From: a virus
Taxonomy: Duplodnaviria > Caudoviricetes
IMG/VR virus record: IMGVR_UViG_3300009194_000013
Span: 1-57,216 of that record
DNA: 57,216 nt
Direction: 5' to 3' (one strand)
Shown: piece by piece, positions 38,810 to 47,714 of the stretch
Layout: every line of letters begins with the position of its first letter
Numbering within the stretch: position 1 is the first letter of the stretch
Translations under genes and position numbers: made by a program
Notes under the pieces: model-generated
Told to the model about the DNA's origin: nothing
Seen by the model: the letters and a program-made list of their open reading frames with translations, nothing else
Databases searched by the model: none

Positions 38810-38828
38810 AAAAAGCCCCCGAAGGGGC
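38810..38828 (-). terminator. Terminator GCCCC-TTCG-GGGGC-TTTTT
   Basis: GC stem, UUCG loop, T-tract. Confidence 0.65.
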
Positions 38829-38975
38829 GCGTGACTAAGCGAAATCACTTACCACGCATGCGCTGAATGCGAAGCCACACGCCGCGCACCTGCCAGCCGA
38901 TCCAACAGCCGACAAGAAGCGCGAGCATCATAGCGAGGACAACATCACCTCGCCCTGCAAAAATGCCGACCGGCA

Positions 38976-39389
38976 TCATTTGGCGATCTTCGGAAGTGGA
39001 TGCGGCACCTTCGATGTAGGTGCGCACTTGCCGTCTTCAGATGCGTAAGGCGACTCCTTGAAGTCTGCATCTGTGCGGCACCCAACGGCGTTGCTGACGG
39101 TGCTGCACTTGAGCTTGGCGACTTTGCCGCCGTCTGCATTGAGCACATCAATGGTGGCCCAGCCGTCGCCTTGCGGGCATGTAGGTTCTTGTGTGCTGTC
39201 GCCACGGGATACGATCTTCAGATCGCCACCGCTTGGCATTGACGAGCGAAACACTTGTGCGTTGAACTCGGCGTTTTCGCGTGCTTGTTGACGGGCTGTT
39301 TCCAGGGTGTTGAATGAGACGTCGGCCTCACCGCACGCTGTCAAAGCGATGACGGCAACAATGGACAAGGCAAGGAACTTCGTTTTCAT
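38976..39389 (-). CDS. Lipoprotein
   Basis: MKTK + hydrophobic stretch + LTAC lipobox. Confidence 0.75.
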   Translation of the reverse strand: MKTKFLALSIVAVIALTACGEADVSFNTLETARQQARENAEFNAQVFRSSMPSGGDLKIVSRGDSTQEPTCPQGDGWATIDVLNADGGKVAKLKCSTVSNAVGCRTDADFKESPYASEDGKCAPTSKVPHPLPKIAK

Positions 39390-39450
39390 GGTTTAACTTT
39401 CAAAGGTTTTGAGGGCTGGTATCCGGCGCCCTCTGAATGCCGGTAAAGCG

Positions 39451-39795
39451 TTAGACTTTCTTTTGCTTCGAGCGATTGAGCGGCGAGATGCTGTCTTCGG
39501 GCTTGACGGCCCAAACGCGCACAACGGGCGTACCGTCTGAGTTCAAGTAGGGCATGCCAAAGTTCTCAGCGTTGTTGTCACGAACTATGAAACTCTTGCT
39601 CGGGCCTTTGCGATGACGCCACGACGCAGCCGCTGTACGAACGCGCTGTGCGCACGCTTTAAGCGTCTCCTTAGCCCTGGGCTGTACGTCGATGTACGTC
39701 CCTGGCTTCATGGCGTCGAACGGGTAGTCACATGGGCGACCACCGGCGCGACTTGGTTTAGGAGGCGGCATGCCCTTCTTGATCTCAAACGACAC
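39451..39795 (-). CDS. Probable DNA-binding protein
   Basis: IKKGMPPP...YPFDAM.PG...VRVW. Confidence 0.6.
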   Translation of the reverse strand: MSFEIKKGMPPPKPSRAGGRPCDYPFDAMKPGTYIDVQPRAKETLKACAQRVRTAAASWRHRKGPSKSFIVRDNNAENFGMPYLNSDGTPVVRVWAVKPEDSISPLNRSKQKKV

Positions 39796-39805
39796 GTTTG
39801 ATCCT

Positions 39806-40024
39806 TCAGTAGAACTTCACTTGACTCGGGCGAACTGTCACATCGCCGTTGTCCTTGGTCTTGACGACGACCCAGTGACCGCGCAAGCCTTCGTAGACTT
39901 TGCCGATGGTGCCCTGGCCAGTGTGGGTACGGGCGTTGTATTTCACACGCTTGTCAACGCTGCTCTTGAGCTTGGCCAGGTGTGCGGCGGCTGGATCGAC
40001 TTTGGTCTTGGTTGTGGTTGCCAT
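39806..40024 (-). CDS. Hypothetical basic protein (SH3-like)
   Basis: GAAAGGA RBS. Confidence 0.65.
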   Translation of the reverse strand: MATTTKTKVDPAAAHLAKLKSSVDKRVKYNARTHTGQGTIGKVYEGLRGHWVVVKTKDNGDVTVRPSQVKFY

Positions 40025-40090
40025 GATGGTATTGTCCTTTCTAAGACAGAGTTTGTGATGGGTAAATACCCTTGGTTTGTGACTTTGGAG

Positions 40091-41098
40091 TTACAGGGTA
40101 TTGGTGCCTTCGACGCCGCGCTGAATGCGGTTGGCTGTACGCGATTGGAAAGCGTTGATGGCCAACTTCATGTAGCGCAGTGCCAGGACATTTTCGTCGC
40201 ACGGGAAGCGCTCGTTGAGAATGGTCGTGCGGTGAATCAAGATCGCAAGCAGATGCTCGTTCTGGACACCTGTGACGCCGACTTCCTTGACAGGCCCGTG
40301 CTGGAACTCGAAATCGCAGAGGCTACCGCGTCCGTCTGCACCGACAACGACGTAGCTGTGCGCCAGCAGATCAGGACGGTGCGCCGCAAACACGCGAGTC
40401 TCGTTGCCGTCTGTGAGGATAGGGTGGTAGTCTTCACTCGCGATTTGATCTTTGAGCGTGCTCGGCAGTTGTGTGAAGGCTTCAGTCGTTGAGGTAATGC
40501 TTGCTGCCGTTGCGTCCGGGGTTGGCGTGACTTCTGGGCAGTCAAGAGCTTTTGCAGCTTCGTCGCGCTTCTTCTTCGCTTGCTCGCGCATGAGTTGAGC
40601 GCCCATGCGAATGTAGTCGCTGCGCATCTTTGGCCTGGTCTCGCTCCACAATTCAATGCTCATCCCGGTCGTTTGCAAGACGAACTGAATGATGGTGGCA
40701 ACATCGACGTTTTCGCCTTCGATGTCGATGAACGCGGGTATGTGACTGATCTCGACTTTATCGCCAGTCTCATCGACGATAAAGGTATCGCCGCGAGCAA
40801 AGCGTGTAGCAGGCTCAGTCCCGATAATGTAGAGGTCGTCAGTCTCGTGCGTGACAGGAAAGTCGTAAATCTCGAACGACCAGGGTAGGGTGTGCTTGTG
40901 CGCGCCTTCTTGCGCTTTACCGTGTTCGACGAGTTCGTCGAACGTGTACTCACGCACAGCGCCCTCGTTGTTGTCTTCTGGCTTTGCAGTAGTGGCGCTG
41001 TCCTTCTCGACAACAGCGGGTGCAACCGCTGGCGCGAGCGCTTTCTCGGTAGTTGCAATGACAGCGGCCAAAGCCGCTAATTGTTTCTTGGGTGGCAT
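40091..41098 (-). CDS. Multidomain protein with C-terminal Tad1-like (anti-Thoeris sponge) domain
   Basis: FQHGPVKEVGVTGVQNEHLLAILIHR...FPCDEN..AL...RTANRIQRGVEGT matches the recalled Tad1 pattern. Confidence 0.7.
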   Translation of the reverse strand: MPPKKQLAALAAVIATTEKALAPAVAPAVVEKDSATTAKPEDNNEGAVREYTFDELVEHGKAQEGAHKHTLPWSFEIYDFPVTHETDDLYIIGTEPATRFARGDTFIVDETGDKVEISHIPAFIDIEGENVDVATIIQFVLQTTGMSIELWSETRPKMRSDYIRMGAQLMREQAKKKRDEAAKALDCPEVTPTPDATAASITSTTEAFTQLPSTLKDQIASEDYHPILTDGNETRVFAAHRPDLLAHSYVVVGADGRGSLCDFEFQHGPVKEVGVTGVQNEHLLAILIHRTTILNERFPCDENVLALRYMKLAINAFQSRTANRIQRGVEGTNTL

Positions 41099-41111
41099 GA
41101 TTGAATCACTT

Positions 41112-41286
41112 TCAGTCAGTTGATTGGCGGACAAACGCCGCCTCGTGCATTGGATTGCCTGTGACATCCACGCAGAGACCTGCGTCGTATGAAGAGTCGT
41201 AGAAAGCGTCCAGTTCGGACGCCTCCATTTCAAACAACGACTCGCTCTCTGCGTGGTATATCAAACGACGCGTTGAAGCTGGATCA
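41112..41286 (-). CDS. Small acidic ORF lacking a clear start; possible +1 extension of SSB
   Basis: RRLIYHAESESLFE...GLCVDVTG fills the gap between two genes. Confidence 0.4.
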
Positions 41287-41997
41287 GGAAAACGAAAAAG
41301 GTGCGTCCTCCTTTGCAGCACCGCTACCAAAGAAGCCGTCGTCACCTGTAGCCGCAGCAGATGTGTCGGCACCGAAGCCGAAGCCGTCGTCAGCGGATGC
41401 CGATGCGCCGCCGTCTTCAGCGTAGTCGAAGTCAGCTTCATCGAAGCCTGCGCCGCCGCTGAATGCTTCGCCGTCGTCTTCAAACTGGATGGCCAGGAGC
41501 TTGGCGTTGATGCGCTTGCCGTAGCCGTTTTCCTGAGCCCAAATGTCCAGCTTCACGTTGACGTAGCAACCGGAGTAGGGGGCCTTGACACGGTAGTTGT
41601 CGATCTTCTTGCCGTCGATGAAGCCGTCACCATTCTTGTCGATGTAGACGACCTTGCCTTCGTACTTGGCTTTGCCCACCACAGCAGGGCGCGACTTGTT
41701 GCTTGCGCTCAGGTAGTAGTTGCCGGGGAAGCCGTCGTACTCTGATTTGGTGTTGCCGTCATGCAGACACAGATCGCCTTTGGCGCGGAGCGACTTGAGC
41801 ATGTCCTGGGCTTTGGCGCCCCACTTCTCATTGGCTACGGTTGTCATGGTGTTGACAATCGCCTGCATGATGAGGGCTTGAGCCTTCGGGTCGATCAAGA
41901 ACGACGCATCGCAGCGAGGCTCGCCGTTGCCGTTGAATGGCTTTGGTTCCCAAATGTTGGGGAAGGCCAGGCGCACGCGTTTGAGATTGAGTTCCAT
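41284..41997 (-). CDS. ssDNA-binding protein (DUF2815/T7 gp2.5-like)
   Basis: VRLAFP, YSGCYVN, L.AIQF..DGEAF, acidic aromatic tail. Confidence 0.88.
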   Translation of the reverse strand: MELNLKRVRLAFPNIWEPKPFNGNGEPRCDASFLIDPKAQALIMQAIVNTMTTVANEKWGAKAQDMLKSLRAKGDLCLHDGNTKSEYDGFPGNYYLSASNKSRPAVVGKAKYEGKVVYIDKNGDGFIDGKKIDNYRVKAPYSGCYVNVKLDIWAQENGYGKRINAKLLAIQFEDDGEAFSGGAGFDEADFDYAEDGGASASADDGFGFGADTSAAATGDDGFFGSGAAKEDAPFSFS

Positions 41998-42027
41998 AGA
42001 TACCTTTCAAAGTTTGATTTGCCGTCT

Positions 42028-43419
42028 TCAGTCGAAGTCAAAAGACGATGTGAGGTCGATAGTGATAGCGGGTCGGGGGTCGATGTCTTCGACGACCTTT
42101 GTACCCGATGGGGGAGCGCGGTGAATGATGGTTTGCAGCTTGCCCCAGGCTGCTTTGCTCAGCTTCGGCTTCTTGCCTTTGGTCAGCTTCTCAGCTTGCG
42201 CTGGCGATATGAGACTTCGCTTGGTGTATTCGATTTGCGGCAAGCCTGCTTCTTGAAGCAAGAACTCAGCGTCAAACTCGCTACCCCATTTGCGGTCACC
42301 CTCGTCACCAGCCACCAGCTTGTAGCCATCCACCGGCCTATTTGCTTCGAGTTCGGCGCGAGTGCGGGCGTCGATGAAGTCGCAATACTTGCGAAGCATC
42401 GGAAGCATGCGCTTCATCTTCCCCAGCTCTTGAACAGATGGGCGCCTGGTTTCCTGGGCATCCATCTTCTCGAAACTCTCGAATGCGACTTCGAGAGCCA
42501 TGCGCTCAGCTTCATAGCAGGGATACGCCTTGCAGAACTGACAGACGTCCGGGCTCGGGTGAGCCTTTGCCATCGGGTCGCGTGTGTTTTCAGCTTGCTC
42601 GCTGATCCACGCTACCCACTTCAAATGTTCTTCCACGGATACGACGTACTCGTCGATGTGGTCGAGCGTAGGTTGCACGATGATGTAGCGAATGCGCTTT
42701 AACTTGTGCAGTTGATCCTGCAACTCGTTTCGAGCAGCTTCCGCGTACATCACCAATTGCGTGTTGGGCTTAAATGACGGCCCACCAGCAAAGAGTGCTT
42801 CCATTTGAATGTCCTTCGGTGCGGTCGAAAAATGCAAGCCTTCCAGCTTGTACTTCGCGTAGACCTTCTTGAATCCGCACTTCAGGTCGATGATCGTCAG
42901 TTCGTCAGGCGGGAACAGCACCACTGAATCACTGGTGCCCTTTGCATCAGGCTCGCCCGTGATGTGCTCAATGCTCAGTCGCGCCTCGACCATGAGCGTC
43001 CCACCGGCTTTGACCATCTCGCGCACAAACTCGATGTAAGTCTGCGCCCAGTCGATCATGTCTTGCGTAACGACGATGCCGCCGTCAGAAGACTCACCAC
43101 CAAGCCGGTAGGTGACTGTTCCGTCGTCATGAACCAAAGCGTTCTTGTTCAAGGCCATTGACAACAGAACGTCGTCGTCAGCCTTCAAACACTTTTCGCT
43201 CAGGTCATGACAGATCGTCCCCGTGTTCGCTGCCTCGCCGCTGGTATCGGGCAAGCCCTCTTCCATGCGAGGTGACACATGACAAATAGTCCAACGGCCT
43301 GAACCCGAAGCGCCGAGCTTCGCATGCACTTTCGCTTCGACAATCGGGATCGTCCGTTTGGGCGCCATATCGAAGAAGCTATCGAGCATGCTTGACTCGG
43401 GCTCAGGTTTGCCGCTCAT
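42028..43419 (-). CDS. DUF2800/Cas4-like PD-(D/E)xK nuclease
   Basis: HAKLGAS...RW..C, GTSD, IIDLK.G, QLVMYA, CQFC, SPAQAEK. Confidence 0.88.
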   Translation of the reverse strand: MSGKPEPESSMLDSFFDMAPKRTIPIVEAKVHAKLGASGSGRWTICHVSPRMEEGLPDTSGEAANTGTICHDLSEKCLKADDDVLLSMALNKNALVHDDGTVTYRLGGESSDGGIVVTQDMIDWAQTYIEFVREMVKAGGTLMVEARLSIEHITGEPDAKGTSDSVVLFPPDELTIIDLKCGFKKVYAKYKLEGLHFSTAPKDIQMEALFAGGPSFKPNTQLVMYAEAARNELQDQLHKLKRIRYIIVQPTLDHIDEYVVSVEEHLKWVAWISEQAENTRDPMAKAHPSPDVCQFCKAYPCYEAERMALEVAFESFEKMDAQETRRPSVQELGKMKRMLPMLRKYCDFIDARTRAELEANRPVDGYKLVAGDEGDRKWGSEFDAEFLLQEAGLPQIEYTKRSLISPAQAEKLTKGKKPKLSKAAWGKLQTIIHRAPPSGTKVVEDIDPRPAITIDLTSSFDFD

Positions 43420-43421
43420 GC

Positions 43422-44012
43422 TCAGGCCAGGGCTTTGTCAGCGGCTGCACACAGGTCAGCCCACAGGTCGGGACGCGTTTGCACGTCACCGAAGCCCTTC
43501 AGAGCGTGCTCGCCCATCAGCTTGCCGAAGGCGCCCTGGTCTTTCGTCGCAAAGGCCATCAGCTTGGCTTTGACATCGTCCAGGGTGTACGCCTTGTCGG
43601 ATGCAGGGGCAGCGGGCATGTCGGCACCCAGGTACTGCATCAGTTCAGTCCACTTGTCGGATGCCTTTTCAACGTCGTTCATGTTCTTGAAGCCGAACTT
43701 CAGCATGGCGCCGTTGAAAGCGGTTGCGTCTGTCTTGTGGTAGGCACCCAGGGCGCTCTTGACTTCATCAAACGTGTACGTTTGGGTCGAACTTTGGGTT
43801 GCCACGGAAGCCGTACTGGACTGCTTCGTGTCTGACGCAGCGGCCACCTCCACCGAGGCAGTAGACGGCGTATGGGCAGTCTGAGCAGACGGTTTTGCGG
43901 TCGCTGACGTGGAGGGTGCGTTTCCCACGACCAAACCTTCGAGCTTTTGCAAGGAAGGCACGGCGGCTGCGAGTGCTGCCAGGGAAACGAAGTTGAGCGT
44001 AATGGATTGCAT
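43422..44012 (-). CDS. Hypothetical protein with duplicated helical domain
   Basis: TYTFDEVK.../AYTLDDVK... internal repeat; first gene of the replication operon. Confidence 0.7.
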   Translation of the reverse strand: MQSITLNFVSLAALAAAVPSLQKLEGLVVGNAPSTSATAKPSAQTAHTPSTASVEVAAASDTKQSSTASVATQSSTQTYTFDEVKSALGAYHKTDATAFNGAMLKFGFKNMNDVEKASDKWTELMQYLGADMPAAPASDKAYTLDDVKAKLMAFATKDQGAFGKLMGEHALKGFGDVQTRPDLWADLCAAADKALA

Positions 44013-44068
44013 GAGAGTCCTTTCGGGTTGGTTGAGTTTGCATGTCTCAGTTTGCGAGATGCAGATTG

Positions 44069-44153
44069 AAATGTAGCAGACGTATCAGTCGTTACGCAAG
44101 TGCGAAATGCTGGTATAAACCCCTATTGCTTCGCAACTGCGAAACGTCACAAT
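44069..44153. promoter_or_regulatory. Divergent promoters with two operators
   Basis: - strand TTGCGT-18-TACATT; + strand TTGCTT-16-CACAAT; operators at 44093-44106 and 44130-44143. Confidence 0.6.
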
Positions 44154-44183
44154 CTCAATCACGCAAACCAACCGGAGAAACCA

Positions 44184-44834
44184 ATGCGTCTTTGTAATGT
44201 CATCAAGTCTTGGTTTAAACCCAAGCCACCTGCCGCCGCAGCGAGTCGTATCGACGCTGAAGATAAGATGAGGGGGATGCCGTATGTCAAGGAGTTACAC
44301 GGCAGTAACAAAGAACTCATAGACCGTCGAGTTTTCCACGCTGCTTTGTTCAACTCATCAAGGTCGTATGAACTGCACGACTATCAGAAGGCTGCACTTG
44401 ACGCGCTTGAGCGCAAGTCGCCTGATGAACTGCCAACCAAGCGCAGCCCTCCCTCCCCTGAGACCCTGGCCTGGCTTGAGCGAAAGTCACCTGATGAGCG
44501 CCCGTCAATCACGCTGTCGCCGTCCCCCGAGACGCTGAACACCTGGCTTGAGCGCCAATCAGATGGACAATCCAAAGCGATCCCTTTCAAGGCGCCCGCT
44601 CGCAAAGGTCATAGCGACAGCTTGCTCAAGAGCTACACCGACGATGTGATGGCCACGCAAATGTTGATGCAGACCTCCTACACGACCACTACGAGTCTTG
44701 CCGATACGCCTGCAACCGGCATCGAGTCGGGCAATGGCGGTGACTTTGGCGGGGGTGGTGCTTCGGGAAGTTGGGACTCATCATCCAGTGATTTTTCTTC
44801 AAGCGACTCGTCGTCGTGCTCATCAACTGACTGA
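44184..44834 (+). CDS. Hypothetical protein with internal repeat and G/S-rich tail
   Basis: GGAG RBS; LERKSPDE...PSPETL repeated. Confidence 0.65.
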   Translation: MRLCNVIKSWFKPKPPAAAASRIDAEDKMRGMPYVKELHGSNKELIDRRVFHAALFNSSRSYELHDYQKAALDALERKSPDELPTKRSPPSPETLAWLERKSPDERPSITLSPSPETLNTWLERQSDGQSKAIPFKAPARKGHSDSLLKSYTDDVMATQMLMQTSYTTTTSLADTPATGIESGNGGDFGGGGASGSWDSSSSDFSSSDSSSCSSTD

Positions 44835-44859
44835 TACCTTCAACCAAAGGAGTCACATC

Positions 44860-45054
44860 ATGCAGATCATTCAAACCATCGTCGCGGCTTTCAAGCCGAT
44901 GAGTATCGAGAGCATGCTGCAAAAGCAACTCGAAGAGGCTGAGCGACAACTCGTCGAAACGATTCATCATCTTGAGTCGTATGAACACAACGAAATGCTC
45001 TTGCGAGCCCGCATTGAGCGCATCAAAGCACAACAACTGAAGAAGGAACTGTGA
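44860..45054 (+). CDS. Hypothetical coiled-coil protein
   Basis: AAGGAG RBS. Confidence 0.6.
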   Translation: MQIIQTIVAAFKPMSIESMLQKQLEEAERQLVETIHHLESYEHNEMLLRARIERIKAQQLKKEL

Positions 45055-45476
45055 TGAAACGAGTAATCGTCTATGAAGTAAGCCAAGCACACCATGACGT
45101 CGTTGGCTCGCACGTTGAAATGTACGACCGCGATCCGATTGGCGAGACTAAAGTAACTGCCTTCTCGCTGCCAGCCGGTGGGCCGCCACTGTTCGCGTTC
45201 GGAGACAAGATTCGGCGGTTCAGCCTGCCTGTACAAGAAGTCAGATACGAAGGCAAAACTGAGTATCTGGCCATTGGCCCTAAGTTGCATCGAATGCTCG
45301 ACATCGCTTTGCGCGGTGAATACGAGGATCGCGAAGTTGAGTTGAAAAGTATTTTTCAGCGCCGCGCCATCCTTGCTGAGCAGGAAAACAATCGCTTGCT
45401 GCAATGCTTCGAGCGCTTCCACGCAACCAATCGCTTCAAGCGGGCATGGTTAGCCTTCTTCGGGAGACTGCCATGA
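45054..45476 (+). CDS. Hypothetical protein
   Basis: Coupled to neighbours. Confidence 0.6.
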   Translation: MKRVIVYEVSQAHHDVVGSHVEMYDRDPIGETKVTAFSLPAGGPPLFAFGDKIRRFSLPVQEVRYEGKTEYLAIGPKLHRMLDIALRGEYEDREVELKSIFQRRAILAEQENNRLLQCFERFHATNRFKRAWLAFFGRLP

Positions 45477-45658
45477 GCAGCCCGCTTGAAGACTATGAAG
45501 ACGCTGAGTTGACTCGCGCAAAGATGTTTGCAATCGAACAACTGGCAAATGAGCGCCGACACAAGCGTGCTTGTTATTCACTGTTGTGGTGGGGTTGCTT
45601 CGTCGTATGTTGCGGCGCGGCTGTTGTGGTGATTACTTTGAGGGGGATTGGGCAATGA
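45473..45658 (+). CDS. Small membrane protein
   Basis: C-terminal TM segment; ATGA overlap. Confidence 0.55.
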   Translation: MSSPLEDYEDAELTRAKMFAIEQLANERRHKRACYSLLWWGCFVVCCGAAVVVITLRGIGQ

Positions 45659-45852
45659 GCCGACAAAAAGACGCACGCGACTGCGTAAACCTCGCATACA
45701 AATACTCGTCACTTCGGGGTGCCGTCCGAGACCGGTACCCTGACCTGCTAAACGACAGTGTGTTGATGATTCTCGATGTGAAAATTGCGGCTCTCAATGC
45801 AGCATTTGATGCTCGGGTAAAAGAGATTGCAGACGAAGGAGACGGATCATGA
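45655..45852 (+). CDS. Hypothetical protein
   Basis: ATGA overlaps. Confidence 0.55.
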   Translation: MSRQKDARDCVNLAYKYSSLRGAVRDRYPDLLNDSVLMILDVKIAALNAAFDARVKEIADEGDGS

Positions 45853-46469
45853 GCGAATCAATCACCGTCGCAGACGGCAAGTACACGGCAATCAACGACA
45901 ACGGTAAGCTCACGGCACTTCGCCACGGTAAACCCTGGGCGCGTGACCTTATTGGCGACAATCTCGTTTACTGGATGTTCGTGCGCATTCGGGAGTTGGA
46001 AGAAGCGGCTCGTGTTGCAGCACCGGCAGTGCGGGAGGGTGGCATTACCCAGGTACAGCAAGAGGACAATCGCTTCATCCAGTGCGAGAAATGCACGCAC
46101 ATGAGCCTCGTAGCCGCTACACCTACGCTCGACATCGAGACGCTTCGCAGTGACGCCTACTTCATCTTTGACGCAGTGAACGCCGATCAAGTGGTTCGCG
46201 ATGTGATCGAGTGGTATCACGCATCGCTCGATACGGCATTGCGGAAAGGAACTGCCGCTGGGGCGCTGGCTGCACCGGAAGTCCAGGGGGGTGGCGAGGC
46301 GTTATGCGTCTTGAAAGAGCTTGAATGGTCAGGGGAGTCGCCTTTACCGGGCGGAAACTGGCAGCAGTATTGCTGCCCAATCTGCGAAGAGTCTGAACAC
46401 AAAGGCCACCTGTCGGGCTGCAAGCTGGCCGCTGCCATTGCACAGGCACAGCAAGGGGGCGGATCATGA
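45849..46469 (+). CDS. Mosaic hypothetical protein
   Basis: Modules separated by AAP-rich linkers; CPIC...H..GC. Confidence 0.6.
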   Translation: MSESITVADGKYTAINDNGKLTALRHGKPWARDLIGDNLVYWMFVRIRELEEAARVAAPAVREGGITQVQQEDNRFIQCEKCTHMSLVAATPTLDIETLRSDAYFIFDAVNADQVVRDVIEWYHASLDTALRKGTAAGALAAPEVQGGGEALCVLKELEWSGESPLPGGNWQQYCCPICEESEHKGHLSGCKLAAAIAQAQQGGGS

Positions 46470-46771
46470 GCACCAAAAGCAATAGGGTCGCCAGCGTGGG
46501 TAGCCACGCCTTCAGGACACCTGAGATTAAAAACCAAAGGCTGATAACCGACTACTTGATCTCGCAGCAGGACAAGACAAGAGCGCTGATGCAGCCCAAG
46601 CAAGGGGGCTCTCATAACCGCAAGCTGACAGACGATCAGGTGCGTCAAGTCCGCATTGATCTGCGCACGATGAGTATCGCCAAGGTCGCTGAGACGTATG
46701 GCGTTTCAACATCCACCATCAAAGGTATACGCGACGGTATCAACTATGCAAATGTGAAGGACTCAAAATGA
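46466..46771 (+). CDS. HTH DNA-binding protein
   Basis: KLTDDQVRQVR...IAKVAETYGVSTSTIKGIRDG. Confidence 0.75.
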   Translation: MSTKSNRVASVGSHAFRTPEIKNQRLITDYLISQQDKTRALMQPKQGGSHNRKLTDDQVRQVRIDLRTMSIAKVAETYGVSTSTIKGIRDGINYANVKDSK

Positions 46772-47703
46772 CTGGAATCGTTATCCAATGCCCACTTTGT
46801 ACCGACTTCGATCCACATGCGACGTGTCGGTTCTGCTCACTCATACCCGATGAGGATGTAGCTGAGTGGAAACGTGCGGTTAGCTCTGCTGAGCCGGTGC
46901 CGAACACTGGTGTTGTATATGTTCGAGCGCACACCCTACTAGCCATCAATCGAGCGATTGTCAATGCGATTGCTGCACAGGGGGCTGAGCCAACAAGCGT
47001 ATCTGAGTTGTATCAACTGCGTGATGGTTGCGGGGTCGATGAGCTTCCCGGCATGTGGGATCAGTCAGATTTTATAGGCGGGGAGACCGACTGCACATTG
47101 TTAAACGAGGCACACGAAAAGGGGTATGCGGCTCTGACGTCAGCTAAACAACCAAACGGCGACGAGCTTGATGAAGATCATCCTTTGTGGGGTGTCAACG
47201 AGCAGATCAAAGGTTTGATGGAAGGCATTGGTGCTACCGAGGATCATGAAGACGTCATCGCGTTCTTACTGGCCACTGGCCTTCCCGAGCCAACTGTTGA
47301 CCGCATGCACAAGGCGTTGGTGTTTGGGGATACGAAGGTTGTTGTGCCTGTTGGTAAAGATGAAACCGAAGCCTTTGAAAACTTGATGGGGCTAAATTTC
47401 TTCTTCTCCCCATCCGACTTCAGCGACAAACTGGCCGGTGATTTGCCGCATGCGGGTGAGTACCGTAACTTCACCCTTCGCGACTATTTTGAAATTTGGA
47501 AGAGCGCTTTTACTTTTGCGAAAAGCACTGCGGGTAGTCGAGTAGCTGAACCAGTTTTCGTCGTCGATCATGTTAGCTCTAGCTACGGTGACGGCCCTGG
47601 GGATAGCACGATGATTGTCGGCAACAGTGCAAAGACCAAAGAGATGAAGCGCGGTACGAAGCTCTACGTTTACGACGAGCCTGGCTACATTAAAAACAAC
47701 TGA
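46768..47703 (+). CDS. Mosaic hypothetical protein
   Basis: ATGA overlap; AEP linkers; GTKLY. Confidence 0.6.
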   Translation: MTGIVIQCPLCTDFDPHATCRFCSLIPDEDVAEWKRAVSSAEPVPNTGVVYVRAHTLLAINRAIVNAIAAQGAEPTSVSELYQLRDGCGVDELPGMWDQSDFIGGETDCTLLNEAHEKGYAALTSAKQPNGDELDEDHPLWGVNEQIKGLMEGIGATEDHEDVIAFLLATGLPEPTVDRMHKALVFGDTKVVVPVGKDETEAFENLMGLNFFFSPSDFSDKLAGDLPHAGEYRNFTLRDYFEIWKSAFTFAKSTAGSRVAEPVFVVDHVSSSYGDGPGDSTMIVGNSAKTKEMKRGTKLYVYDEPGYIKNN

Positions 47704-47714
47704 AAGGAAACGAC

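Noticed and set aside
42028-43419. Cas4-like gene as a CRISPR-Cas component
   Set aside because: It sits in the usual DUF2800-SSB-polymerase context, with no other cas genes or repeat-spacer array
46466-46771. HNH homing endonuclease
   Set aside because: Only the C-terminal HTH-like part is present; no HNH motif
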